From the NCBI GenBank assembly GCA_016839445.1, contig JAEOUG010000074.1:1-19676 (forward strand): DNA of 19,676 bases, read 5' to 3'. The position numbers and the translations under genes are program-made. Each line of letters begins with the position of its first letter. Position 1 is the first letter of the stretch. Below are positions 9,401 to 17,285 of this stretch, in pieces. Origin of the DNA: Candidatus Thorarchaeota archaeon. GTDB taxonomy: Archaea; Asgardarchaeota; Thorarchaeia; Thorarchaeales; Thorarchaeaceae. A model generated the notes under the pieces. It ran no database searches, was not told where the DNA came from, and saw only the letters and a program-made list of their open reading frames with translations.

Positions 9401-12400
9401 AGTCAGAGTAGTTGAAACTCAGAACCCTTGTTTCAGTCCAGTCGAAGGTGATCGAGACCCAGGATGAAGTGACGGTCGCTGGGTCTTCTGTGATCAGCAA
9501 GGACGTGTTGGCAGTCCTGCTCTCAAAGCTGAAGAAGGAGGCATCAACGCGGACAGAGAAGTCGCCCAGACCCGGAGGATCATCCATGCCAGAGAAGCGT
9601 AATGTGTATGCTCCTGCCGTGGAATTCCACCCCAGAGTCCAGTCATCTGAACCGATTGTGACAACCACCGTGGCTCCCTGAATCTCGGAGCCGTTGCTCA
9701 TCCTGTAGTTGATGACGAGGTAGGTGTGCTGGATGTACGTTATCGTGCTGAGTTCCGACCAGTCTACGACCAGAGTAGTGGGGTCCTCCCGTAGTGTCAG
9801 CTTCTCCGTATCGTCAGATGCTGCGACGTAGCCGTACTTGTCTGCGAGTATGAGGAGGCTGTGTGTGCCCAGACCCGGAGGGTCATCTGAACCAAGAAAC
9901 TCAACTTGGTAGTAACCTGCGGTCTCGTTCCATGCAAGTATCCAAGGGATGGTGTCGATGGTGACATTCAATTGAGCCTGAAGAATCTCCGATCCATTGC
10001 TCATGAGATATCTCACTCTGAGGATTGTTGAGTCGAAGTAGGTGATGTTGTCTGTGTTTGACCATGACACAACGACTGTGGTGGGCTCCTCTGTGATGGT
10101 AAGAGACATGGTGGAGTCAGACTGGTAGTCAAAGCCGTCCCGCCAAGCCTGGATGAAGAGGTTCGTAGTGCCCAAGCCGGGTGGGTCGTCATTCCCGTAG
10201 AAGACCCTCCTGTATGTTTCAGTGGCAGGGTCCCAGAAAAGGTCCAGAGTCACGCCATCAAGCGTGACATTTACGGTCGCAAGCGATATGGCAGTGCCAT
10301 CGCCCATGGTGTAGTTCACAGAGAGTATCGTTGACTCTACATACGTGATTGTTCCTCCGCCTATCCACTCGCTTGAGATCTGCCCCAGCTCGCCTGTAAT
10401 GGTGAGGGTCAGACTGCTGTCTGAGGCGAACGCGAAGCCGAAACGAGAGGCCTCGATAGTGAGCCCATGGTTGCCTAGACCGGGAGGGTCGTCTGAGCCG
10501 TAGAATGTCTTGTAGTACAGCCCAGAGCCGGAGTCGTAGAAGACACCTCCACCTGGGTAGTACCACTCATTCACTCCAATCTTGATCTCAATGAAGGCAC
10601 CGGAGATCTCTGTGCCATCACTGGCGGTGTAGTTGATCCAGACAGTCGTTTGCTCAACATACGTGATTGTGTTACCATCAGACCACCAAACGTCTATGCT
10701 TGTAGGCTCGTTTGTGATAGTCAGATGCTGTGAGTAGTCTAGAAGTGACTGGTAGTTGGCTTTTGATGCCCTCACGAACAAAGTGTGCGTTCCAAGACTT
10801 GGCGGGTCATCGGTTCCATAGAAAGTGACCTGATACGACTGAGTCGTGTCATTCCATACAGCGTCCCATCGCTCCATACCAATGGTCACATTGACGATGG
10901 CACCCTCAATAGGGCTGCCATTGCTCATCAGATACCTGATGTTCATCACCGTAGAGCCGGCATACGTGATGGTGCTATCAGGGTCCCAGACATACTCAAA
11001 GGTCGTGTCCTCAACTCTCACAGTTAGCTCTTGTGTTGAGTCTGTGAGTGAAACGAAGCCGAACAGCGAGGCACGAATGGTCACAGTGAATGTGGTGAAC
11101 CCAAGCCTCGGGTCATCACCGTGGAAAGCAGTCTCATAGGCGCTTGTGCTGGCGTTCCAGACCAGTGCCCACACATCGGACCCGATGGTCGCATTCAGAG
11201 TGGCTCCACTGATTGGCTGCAGATTACTAGAGAGGTATTGCACAGAGAGAACGGTGCTTCCGTGATAGGTTATGTTCTGATCCAAGTCGGACCATGAGAT
11301 GGACAGGCTCGTGGGGTCGACGATGAGGGTCAGAGTTTCTCCATCTGCGGCACTGACGAACTCGTACTTGTCCGCAAGAACCGTCACGGTGTGCACACCA
11401 AGGCCGGGTGGGTCCTGGTTTCCGTAGAAGGTCACATCGTATGCCTGCTCTAGGGCATTCCAGGTCATGACGTAAGGCACTCCGCCGATTGTGGCATTCA
11501 CGGTTGCGCCCGTAATGGGTGTTCCATTCCACATGCTGTAGTTCGCACGGAGGGTCGTCGACTCAATGTAGGTGATTGTACCTGTGTCAGTCCACGAGAG
11601 AGTTAGAGATGTCGGAATATCAGGAAGAGTCAGCTCCTCAGAGGTATCGACTTGACCGACGAATCCTAGTCTGTCTGCTCGGATGGTGAGCATGTGGGTG
11701 CCAACGCCTGGCGGCGAGTCCGAGCCGTTGAACTTGAGAGTATAGAGTCCTGCTGAGGCGTTCCAATTGACCTCCCAACACCTCCCATCGATTGTGACAT
11801 TGATTGTGGCTCCCTGTATTGTGGTCAGATTGCTCATGCGGTAGTCGACTAGGAGGTATGTAGACGCGAAGTAGCTTGGGTCATTTCCGTTTGACCACTG
11901 GATGTAGAGACTTGTCGACTCTTCTGTTATGGTAAGAGACGTGGCTCCGCTTGAGTTAGTTGAATATCCGTACAGCGCACACTCCACAGTGATTGTATGA
12001 GTGCCAAGCCCTGGCGGGTCTTCTGACCCAAGGAAAGTGTACCTGTAATCTTGTGAGCCGTCTTGCCAGATGAGCGTCCAGGGATCAACACCTATGGTGG
12101 CTGTCACAGTCGCTCCCTGTATTGGGGTTCCGTCACTTGTTCTGTACTCGACGACAATAGTGGCGCTGCCAATGTACGTGATGGAATTAGGGCCAGTCCA
12201 GCTCACTTGCACAAGAGTTGTTTGAACCCTGAGTGTCAGGTCCTGAGTCGTGTCACTCCTGGATTCGTATCCTGTCTTGGTTGCAGATATGGACACAGGA
12301 AATGTCCCAAGTCCTGGTGGGTCATCAGACCCACTGAAGGCATATTCGTATCTGCCATTTCCTTCGTTCAAGACAAGAGGGAACGGTGTGCCGTCTATCG

Positions 12401-15400
12401 TTGCGACGACCGTTGCCCCAATCACTGGCGAGCTATTACTCATGCGGTATGCAACAGAGAGCGTGGTGGATTGGACATATGTGATGTTGTTGGAGTTAGT
12501 CCACTGCACGTCTATTGAGGTTGGCTCCTCGTCTATTGTGAGTGTTTGATCTGTGTCAGATCGCTCCTGGAATCCGTAGAGGTCAGCGAGAATGGTCAGA
12601 GTGTGATCTCCAATCCCAGGTGTCGTGTTCCACCCAAGGAATGTTATCTCATACCTCTCTGAAGTCGCATTGTAGAGCAGTAACCATGTAGTTGTACCGA
12701 AGGTCACATTCACAGTGGCAGTGGTTATCGGAGTCGTGTCGCTCATCTGATAGGTGACTGCTAGCGTTGTCCATTCCACATAGGTGATGGTGCTCCCATG
12801 CGACCATTCCAAAGAGAAGATTGTTGACTCCTCTGATATTGTGAGAGTCACTGACGAGTCTTGGCGGTAGACAAACCCGTATCTGTCAGCAAGAATAGTC
12901 AGGGAGTGTACGTCAATGCCTGGAGGGTTGTCCGAGCCGTTGAACTGGATTCGGTAAGTCTGTGAACCCGGGTGCCATGTCAGATTCCAGGTCATGCTGC
13001 CAATTGTGACGTTGACAACTGCCTGGTCTATTGGTGTCAGATCGCTCATCTGGTATTCGACAATAAGGACTGTGCTCTGTACATAGGTGATTGAGGAACC
13101 GGCGCTCCAGGAGACAGAAAGCGTTGCTATCTCCTCACTGATAGTCAGGGTGTCTGGTGTGCTGTCTCTTGTCACATATCCGTGTAGCTCGGCATGCACA
13201 GAGACCGACGCCGAACCGAGTCCAGGGAACGGATCGTTGCCGTTGAAGGTTCTACGGTATGTTTCAGTTCCTGAGTCCCAATCCAGCGAGAGATCTGTGC
13301 CGTCAACGGAAACAGTCAGAGTGGCGCCGACGACCGCCGAGCCATTGCTCATTGTGTAGTTCGCAACAAGTGTAGTGCTACCTACATAGCTGATGCTGTT
13401 GCCGTCAGTCCACGACAGAGCGAGCGTAGTGCCCTCCTCAGAGATAGTCAGTATCTCAGTGGAATCGGACTGCGGCTTGTGCCCGACCTTCCAGGCACTG
13501 ATTGTCATTGGGTGTGGTCCTAGCCCTGGTGGAGTGTCAGTGCCATTGAAGAGAAGCGTGTAGGTTTCGCTGACGCCATCGTATGTGAGGTTCCAGGTTG
13601 TTGACCCTATCGTGAGATTCACCCACGCGTCAGTAATGGGAGACCCTCCTACGCGCTCATAGGCGACCGAGATCTCAGTGGACTGGACGTACGTGATGCT
13701 GTCGGTGTTGGACCATAGAATGGTGAGCGAATCGGTGTCATGTATGAGGACCACATCAACCGTCAGACTCCTGTTCTCAAGGGCATATCCTTCTCCGAAG
13801 ACTTGAATCTGGTAGAAGCCGGGTAGCTTCCCTGTAGTAGAAACAGTGGCGGTCCAGGTTCCCCCCGATACGTGGATGAGCGGTGTGTTTGCGCCTCCAT
13901 CGAACGAGTACGCCAGAGAGGCCATCGTATCGTCTAGGCCTTGCGGAGTGAAGGTGTCGTTGAAGGAGACCTCGATGTCAACGCTATCGTCCGTGTACCC
14001 ATTCAGGCTGTATTGAGCGGCTCCAATCTCAGTCGGGTAGAAGAGCAGCAGCTCCCTTGTCCGATACCCTGCCTCAGTTCCGTTTGCCCAGAACTCCTCA
14101 ACCGTGTAGAGGCCGTTCTCGGTAACCGTCGCGCTGATGTCCCAAAGATAGTGTGATGAACCGTCTTGAACCGAGGTGTTTCCTGGACTCCACACGACCG
14201 TGTCTTGGTACCAGACGGTGAGGTTCGTACTGCCCGTCGTGACCGGATCAGAGCCTGCGTCCTGAATGGTGGCGTTGATGTCGATGTCGTAGTCCATTCG
14301 TGACTCTGTCAGGACCGCCGTGGGAGTCCCTGCTCGATAGAAATCCATCGAAGCAAGATGATTGTGTGAAGTCAGTGTCAGTGTCCAGGTCTCGTTGTCT
14401 AGACCAGAGCAAGTGACTGTTCCGCCCAGAGATGCGTAGTGGCCATAGTCTGCACCTGGGTAGGATGCATTATAGAGCCCTGTTGCGGTCCATGTTGCAG
14501 GCACGGTCACATTCAGGAACCTCTCCTGGGACACCGAAGGATAGGTCAGAGACGTCGTAACATTCCACTGAACACTCTGCCCGGAGTTGGGAACGCTCCA
14601 GACCACTGAACTAGTGGCATCTCTCCGATATGACAGCGTGAGATCGTAGTCGATTTTCACTGACTGGTTCGAATCGAAGTCGATTTCTGTCAGATTCGAG
14701 GAGTCTGTGAAAGTCCAGGTCAGGCCTGAGAGTGCAGTCAGATTAGCTCTTAAGGACACATCAGTTGGACTCCCATACTGGAGAGGGCTGCTTGTAGTCT
14801 TGTTCCATGGTGTGTAGGTGTAGTTCAGCTCCGCCTCCATCCGGCCCAGTCCCTCGAAGATATACCAAGAGCTGTAGTCCCAGAGATGGTAGCCCGTTTC
14901 AAGTCCTGGTGCGCTTCTTGCGTCCCAGTAGATCCTGTTGAATCGCCAGCCACCTGCATAAACCCCGAACATGGCAGTCCCGTCGATGACCACGTAATAT
15001 GGGGCGCTTGCATCCATGATTGCGTTATCGCCAGAGCAGTCGTGCAGGAGAGTCTGCTCGCTGAGCGATTGCGAGAAGGGTGTGATGTAACCCGTGGTGT
15101 TGGTCGAGGGGTCAGAGTAGTCACTTCTGACGACAAGATAGGCCACACCCAGCGAGGTCGTGTAATACGGGGCAACATAGGTGAAGGTGTAGCTTTCCAG
15201 TCTTCCGTCGTGTGTCTTCCCGTAGAATTCCTGATAGAGCGCATCTGTCGTGAGACCAGTTGGCTCGGCATCATAGGTGTCGTTGTGGATTGTGATGTAG
15301 TTATTGGGCACAATGCCCATGGTCTCTCTCTCTGCGGTTGCAGTAATTGAGTTGACATCCATCTCCGCCTCGTACAGACTCCAGCCTGCAATCTGGAACT

Positions 15401-15668
15401 GGGAAAGGTCTAGCGTCTCTTCATGCGTGTTCGGGCTCAGGTACGAGTTGAGGATGGCTAGCTCCTGACCTGTGAAGGTCCTCGTCATATAGGCCACTGA
15501 CTGCCTGTTGTCTCCCTGGCCCCCTGCTGATGACAGAATCCCGCCTCCTCCGAGCCGAGGAACACCACTCGTGATCTTGGAGTCCATGCCGTCTGTCGGC
15601 AAGTCAGATGTTGGAAGGACTCCTGTGAAGAGAATCAGGAGTAGTGCAATCACGAATACTCGTCTCAT
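6480..15668 (-). CDS. Giant type I membrane surface protein (3062 aa): signal peptide, head domain, ~25 Ig-like domains, TM, C-terminal winged HTH
   Basis: ATG with GAGGT RBS; signal peptide MRRVFVIALLLILFTGVLP; uninterrupted 9.2-kb ORF with tandem ~95-106-aa beta-rich repeats; hydrophobic segment 6753-6833 followed by RRRR; Pro/Glu linker; C-terminal 'GLSRKEISEATGLSSTKVGNIVRDL' HTH plus a beta wing (6483-6671). Confidence 0.9.
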   Translation of the reverse strand: MRRVFVIALLLILFTGVLPTSDLPTDGMDSKITSGVPRLGGGGILSSAGGQGDNRQSVAYMTRTFTGQELAILNSYLSPNTHEETLDLSQFQIAGWSLYEAEMDVNSITATAERETMGIVPNNYITIHNDTYDAEPTGLTTDALYQEFYGKTHDGRLESYTFTYVAPYYTTSLGVAYLVVRSDYSDPSTNTTGYITPFSQSLSEQTLLHDCSGDNAIMDASAPYYVVIDGTAMFGVYAGGWRFNRIYWDARSAPGLETGYHLWDYSSWYIFEGLGRMEAELNYTYTPWNKTTSSPLQYGSPTDVSLRANLTALSGLTWTFTDSSNLTEIDFDSNQSVKIDYDLTLSYRRDATSSVVWSVPNSGQSVQWNVTTSLTYPSVSQERFLNVTVPATWTATGLYNASYPGADYGHYASLGGTVTCSGLDNETWTLTLTSHNHLASMDFYRAGTPTAVLTESRMDYDIDINATIQDAGSDPVTTGSTNLTVWYQDTVVWSPGNTSVQDGSSHYLWDISATVTENGLYTVEEFWANGTEAGYRTRELLLFYPTEIGAAQYSLNGYTDDSVDIEVSFNDTFTPQGLDDTMASLAYSFDGGANTPLIHVSGGTWTATVSTTGKLPGFYQIQVFGEGYALENRSLTVDVVLIHDTDSLTILWSNTDSITYVQSTEISVAYERVGGSPITDAWVNLTIGSTTWNLTYDGVSETYTLLFNGTDTPPGLGPHPMTISAWKVGHKPQSDSTEILTISEEGTTLALSWTDGNSISYVGSTTLVANYTMSNGSAVVGATLTVSVDGTDLSLDWDSGTETYRRTFNGNDPFPGLGSASVSVHAELHGYVTRDSTPDTLTISEEIATLSVSWSAGSSITYVQSTVLIVEYQMSDLTPIDQAVVNVTIGSMTWNLTWHPGSQTYRIQFNGSDNPPGIDVHSLTILADRYGFVYRQDSSVTLTISEESTIFSLEWSHGSTITYVEWTTLAVTYQMSDTTPITTATVNVTFGTTTWLLLYNATSERYEITFLGWNTTPGIGDHTLTILADLYGFQERSDTDQTLTIDEEPTSIDVQWTNSNNITYVQSTTLSVAYRMSNSSPVIGATVVATIDGTPFPLVLNEGNGRYEYAFSGSDDPPGLGTFPVSISATKTGYESRSDTTQDLTLRVQTTLVQVSWTGPNSITYIGSATIVVEYRTSDGTPIQGATVTATIGVDPWTLIWQDGSQDYRYTFLGSEDPPGLGTHTITVECALYGYSTNSSGATSLTITEESTSLYIQWSNGNDPSYFASTYLLVDYRMSNLTTIQGATINVTIDGRCWEVNWNASAGLYTLKFNGSDSPPGVGTHMLTIRADRLGFVGQVDTSEELTLPDIPTSLTLSWTDTGTITYIESTTLRANYSMWNGTPITGATVNATIGGVPYVMTWNALEQAYDVTFYGNQDPPGLGVHTVTVLADKYEFVSAADGETLTLIVDPTSLSISWSDLDQNITYHGSTVLSVQYLSSNLQPISGATLNATIGSDVWALVWNASTSAYETAFHGDDPRLGFTTFTVTIRASLFGFVSLTDSTQELTVRVEDTTFEYVWDPDSTITYAGSTVMNIRYLMSNGSPIEGAIVNVTIGMERWDAVWNDTTQSYQVTFYGTDDPPSLGTHTLFVRASKANYQSLLDYSQHLTITNEPTSIDVWWSDGNTITYVEQTTVWINYTASDGTEISGAFIEIKIGVNEWYYPGGGVFYDSGSGLYYKTFYGSDDPPGLGNHGLTIEASRFGFAFASDSSLTLTITGELGQISSEWIGGGTITYVESTILSVNYTMGDGTAISLATVNVTLDGVTLDLFWDPATETYRRVFYGNDDPPGLGTTNLFIQAWRDGFDYQSDSTMSLTITEEPTTVVVSWSNTDNITYFDSTILRVRYLMSNGSEILQAQLNVTIDTIPWILAWNETAGYYQVEFLGSDDPPGLGTHSLLILADKYGYVAASDDTEKLTLREDPTTLVVDWSELSTITYIQHTYLVINYRMSNGSEIQGATVVVTIGSDDWTLGWNSTAGAYTLRFSGMDDPPGLGDFSVRVDASFFSFESRTANTSLLITEDPATVTSSWVSITFDWTETRVLSFNYSDSQGSLIPDATQREVFINGIPYVLSGTNGTYWITLTNSFDLGAHSVAVNISKFGYTFAYADGISFTIVEAETTLILDWSSTSINYLGQIDLEASYYCVPTGGPVPLGAVTANISVDGGAPVPLTQLGNLWVFNLTGIDLDLGTHNVIIRAQAYGYAYKEDTAQLTVDLVTTNPLVVTWEPANLTIEYFDSFVVTLDYTYYGGDVPEPAEVNVTISGQTFALSFVAGLWTATIDGEQIGLGLHTASFLASAYGYVPQSTSTVNLNVTQAANSFIVLWDPIDLHPSYVDTINVSVVYTQDFLPILEATVLLTINGTDVRTLTYDPLDEMWHLSIEASSLGLGVWNMTLTANKTGYADGIKIDMITIQHDTLVVTPSWVSNTTDYITPITLQIQLRASDGTFVTDAAVEVTVNGVLRSATHLSNGLYEVILGPLIDVGLHTVNITYHGFWFNTDHEYLTLDITEASSMMSVAWSNQTIYYTEGASASVYYEMLNGSVIGGSVAVTVNGSTLSVLWMTDHWEFSIVGSDLGLGLFLCTVNTSAYGFASNSSDFIITIIEVPTSVLVHGSPVQVRINESASVFVTFQSEIGGDPIEGATVGVEWLGGFSILDPENGTYQIDFETLGLDLGTYSLNVTLSRYGYENASATVSIVIVIRPLSAIYESSLTQYENETLTIWVQVHDSISGQPVLGANVVAALGGGEFVLAYDDYLERYQVEVWLNSSFSTGSHGISIDISADGYGVRSIDIPLEILEKSTYEIALSIGEDIVAGGDLTAYFTVTEDGSPVSGVSIRVVLVTNSQFGGPQTFIISALTDSNGNSHAVFQIPADALQGAVIAEYLGSISAWAAESQEIEFDVRTPGGNILMMLLSNPIVLAATGGTGVAAVLALRRRRGGDGTTEAEPPSSAEEPPAATPSDARLVRNLIGSKPEGLSRKEISEATGLSSTKVGNIVRDLLASDSDFFEWRDGKQRLIRRRFEE
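6834..9479 (-). repeat. Nine further, more divergent Ig-like repeats (membrane-proximal stalk)
   Basis: ~95-105-aa units that mostly retain the W...Y...A.V.V.(I/V)NG...LG.(H/Y)...A..GY pattern but lack DDPP. Confidence 0.7.
9480..13733 (-). repeat. 14 tandem ~101-aa (303-nt) Ig-like repeats with a 'F.G.DDPPGLG.H' signature
   Basis: Consensus T.L...WS...ITY..ST.L.V.Y.MS.G.PI.GATV.VTI....W.L.W......Y...F.G.DDPPGLG.H.LTI.A...G(F/Y)....D....LTI.EE. The span is 1418 aa over 14 units. The 15-mer gcccagacccggagg recurs at 9564 and 9867, 303 nt apart. Confidence 0.9.
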
Positions 15669-15707
15669 TGAACTACCTCTCAGCCAGATGGAGTGTCATC
15701 TAAGCCC

Positions 15708-15720
15708 CTTGATATAGATA
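15708..15720 (-). promoter_or_regulatory. Putative TATA box of the giant gene (TATCTATATCAAG)
   Basis: AT-rich element 40-52 nt upstream of ATG 15668; ends in the same TATCAAG seen at 1767 and 17175. Confidence 0.45.
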
Positions 15721-15759
15721 GCCCCATCTCAAAAGTTGAGCTTGCACCTATACCCTTCC

Positions 15760-15764
15760 AAAAA
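15760..15764 (-). terminator. Possible oligo-T archaeal terminator after the DUF2299-like gene
   Basis: TTTTT on the minus strand ~8 nt after the stop at 15772, with a second TTTT further downstream. Confidence 0.3.
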
Positions 15765-15771
15765 TCGAAGC

Positions 15772-16281
15772 TCACGTATAATAAGACGGACCCGAGTCAG
15801 CTGTTTCTTCTGGTTTAGCCACAGGCTGGCCCGTCGTGTCGTTCAGCAGTGAGATCACCATATCGATTGCGCTGTGAAGCCTGCGCATAACACGCCACAG
15901 CTTGTCGTCAGAGAAGGCATCATCATAGATTCTGTCCGAGATGACGAATCCCGGGCCAGGGGGCTGGGGTCCTTGTTGCCCCGGACGTGGCTGAATGAAG
16001 CCAAGATTCACGCCGGTCTCAAAGGCGAACTTCAGAGCCTCCATCTGGAACTTCCTCATCTTCTCAACATTCAGCAACTTCTGATGCTGAGGTGAGATGA
16101 GGACTTGGGACTCTAGCTGTAGGTAACGCTGTTCGTTTGGCCGGACTACGGTGAAGAAGAACCTCTGGAACTTGACTTTGAAGATGAACTCAGCTCTTGG
16201 ATTAGTGATGCTCTCTATCTTGATTCCCTCACGAGAGAACCACTCCCGCACTGCATTCTTGATCAGGTCTGTCTGTTCCAC
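15772..16281 (-). CDS. DUF2299-family archaeal protein
   Basis: 'VREWFSREG.KI....NP.AEF.F', 'VVRP', 'ISPQHQKLL' and 'IY.D....D.L' resemble DUF2299 (recalled, not searched). GTG start with GAGGT RBS. Confidence 0.65.
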   Translation of the reverse strand: MEQTDLIKNAVREWFSREGIKIESITNPRAEFIFKVKFQRFFFTVVRPNEQRYLQLESQVLISPQHQKLLNVEKMRKFQMEALKFAFETGVNLGFIQPRPGQQGPQPPGPGFVISDRIYDDAFSDDKLWRVMRRLHSAIDMVISLLNDTTGQPVAKPEETADSGPSYYT

Positions 16282-16345
16282 TGGTCTAACCTCGGAGTCT
16301 AGTAATGAGGGTCCGCTGCTTCACTTAATGCTTGTGCTACACAGA

Positions 16346-17143
16346 CTAGAACCAGACGACCTTGTCATAACCCGCTGGAACACGGTCTGAGAAGCAGGTA
16401 ATCTGCTTCCGCACGTCTGCAATCATAGCAGTATCCGCTTTGGCGCTGACGATTCGCTCCTCTGTGTTTCTTCGGTTCAGGATCACTCCCCAGGGATCAA
16501 CTAGCTGGCTGTGACCGAAGTATGTCTTCCTGTCGAATCCCCATCCTATTCGGTTCGTCGCCGCCACAAAGAGCTGATTCTCTATGGCTCGTGCCTGAAC
16601 GAGAACGTTCCAGTGCTCTGAACGAGGGTCTGGGAAGGCCGCAGGAATCAGAAGAAGCTCTGCCCCCTCAAGCGCCAGTCTTCTGCTTACCTCCGGGAAT
16701 CTGATATCATAGCAGATCTGGACTCCCACCTTGATGCCCTGGCACTTGAACAGGGTGATTGTCTCTCCTCCTTTGAAGACGTCTCTCTCCTCCTGGAAGG
16801 GATGGATCTTCCGATAGGTGCCGAGGACTTGCCCTGTGGGGTCTCCAATGGCGAGAGTATTGTAGTACTTACCGTCGGCAGCCTCGATGTCTGTTCCAAC
16901 AGCGAACACTCCGAGTTCCTGAGCCAAGTCTGAGAGGAATTCATGGGTTGGTCCCGGTATTCCTGCTCCGGCCTTGGCGTAGTCATCATGTCTGAAGCCT
17001 ATCGCAAACAGCTCAGGCAGAATGACGAAGTTCACACCCTGGCCTGGTCTAAAGTCCTGGAGCAGCCTCCTGGCTCGCTCGAAGTTCCTCTCGCGGTCGC
17101 CCTCAACGCACGGCAATTGTAGCATTGAGACTGTGAACTCCAT
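16346..17143 (-). CDS. Carbon-nitrogen hydrolase (nitrilase superfamily; omega-amidase / deaminated-glutathione amidase-like)
   Basis: Glu-Lys-Cys triad motifs LPELF, YRKIH and ICYDIRFPE, plus ARAIENQ and GHSQLVDPWG. Confidence 0.93.
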   Translation of the reverse strand: MEFTVSMLQLPCVEGDRERNFERARRLLQDFRPGQGVNFVILPELFAIGFRHDDYAKAGAGIPGPTHEFLSDLAQELGVFAVGTDIEAADGKYYNTLAIGDPTGQVLGTYRKIHPFQEERDVFKGGETITLFKCQGIKVGVQICYDIRFPEVSRRLALEGAELLLIPAAFPDPRSEHWNVLVQARAIENQLFVAATNRIGWGFDRKTYFGHSQLVDPWGVILNRRNTEERIVSAKADTAMIADVRKQITCFSDRVPAGYDKVVWF

Positions 17144-17174
17144 CTTATGTCCCCAGGCTGCCCTCTACATTCCG

Positions 17175-17183
17175 CTTGATAAG
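17175..17183 (-). promoter_or_regulatory. TATA-like element CTTATCAAG for the nitrilase gene
   Basis: 32 nt upstream of ATG 17143; identical in sequence and spacing to 1767-1775. Confidence 0.5.
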
Positions 17184-17229
17184 GAAACCGCCCAGATTGG
17201 CCTCGTCTCTTTGAACCTACAACATAACC

Positions 17230-17236
17230 CTTAATT
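17230..17236 (+). promoter_or_regulatory. Putative TATA box (CTTAATT) of the oxidoreductase operon
   Basis: AT-rich word in the divergent intergenic region, ~50 nt upstream of the probable delta-subunit start. Confidence 0.35.
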
Positions 17237-17285
17237 GCCCGGGCGGGTTGCGAGCTTTCGACCGCACTGTGTGGACGTGTATCCT

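Noticed and set aside
9480-13733. 303-nt periodicity as a CRISPR array, DGR template/variable repeat or assembly artefact
   Set aside because: Units are in-frame protein repeats with diverged DNA. There are no identical direct repeats with spacers, no adenine-specific variant pair and no reverse transcriptase or cas gene.
6084-15717. Numerous 60-190-aa alternative-frame and antisense ORFs overlapping the giant genes
   Set aside because: No recognisable motifs; expected by-products of long, moderately GC-rich coding sequence.
15950-15995. Pro/Gly/Gln-rich stretch (QPRPGQQGPQPPGPG) in the DUF2299-like protein as a collagen-like or signalling motif
   Set aside because: Too short and irregular for Gly-X-Y repeats; probably a flexible loop.
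17235-17285. Extended N-terminus of the delta subunit from TTG 17235
   Set aside because: It overlaps the putative TATA box and has no RBS; a later start is more plausible.
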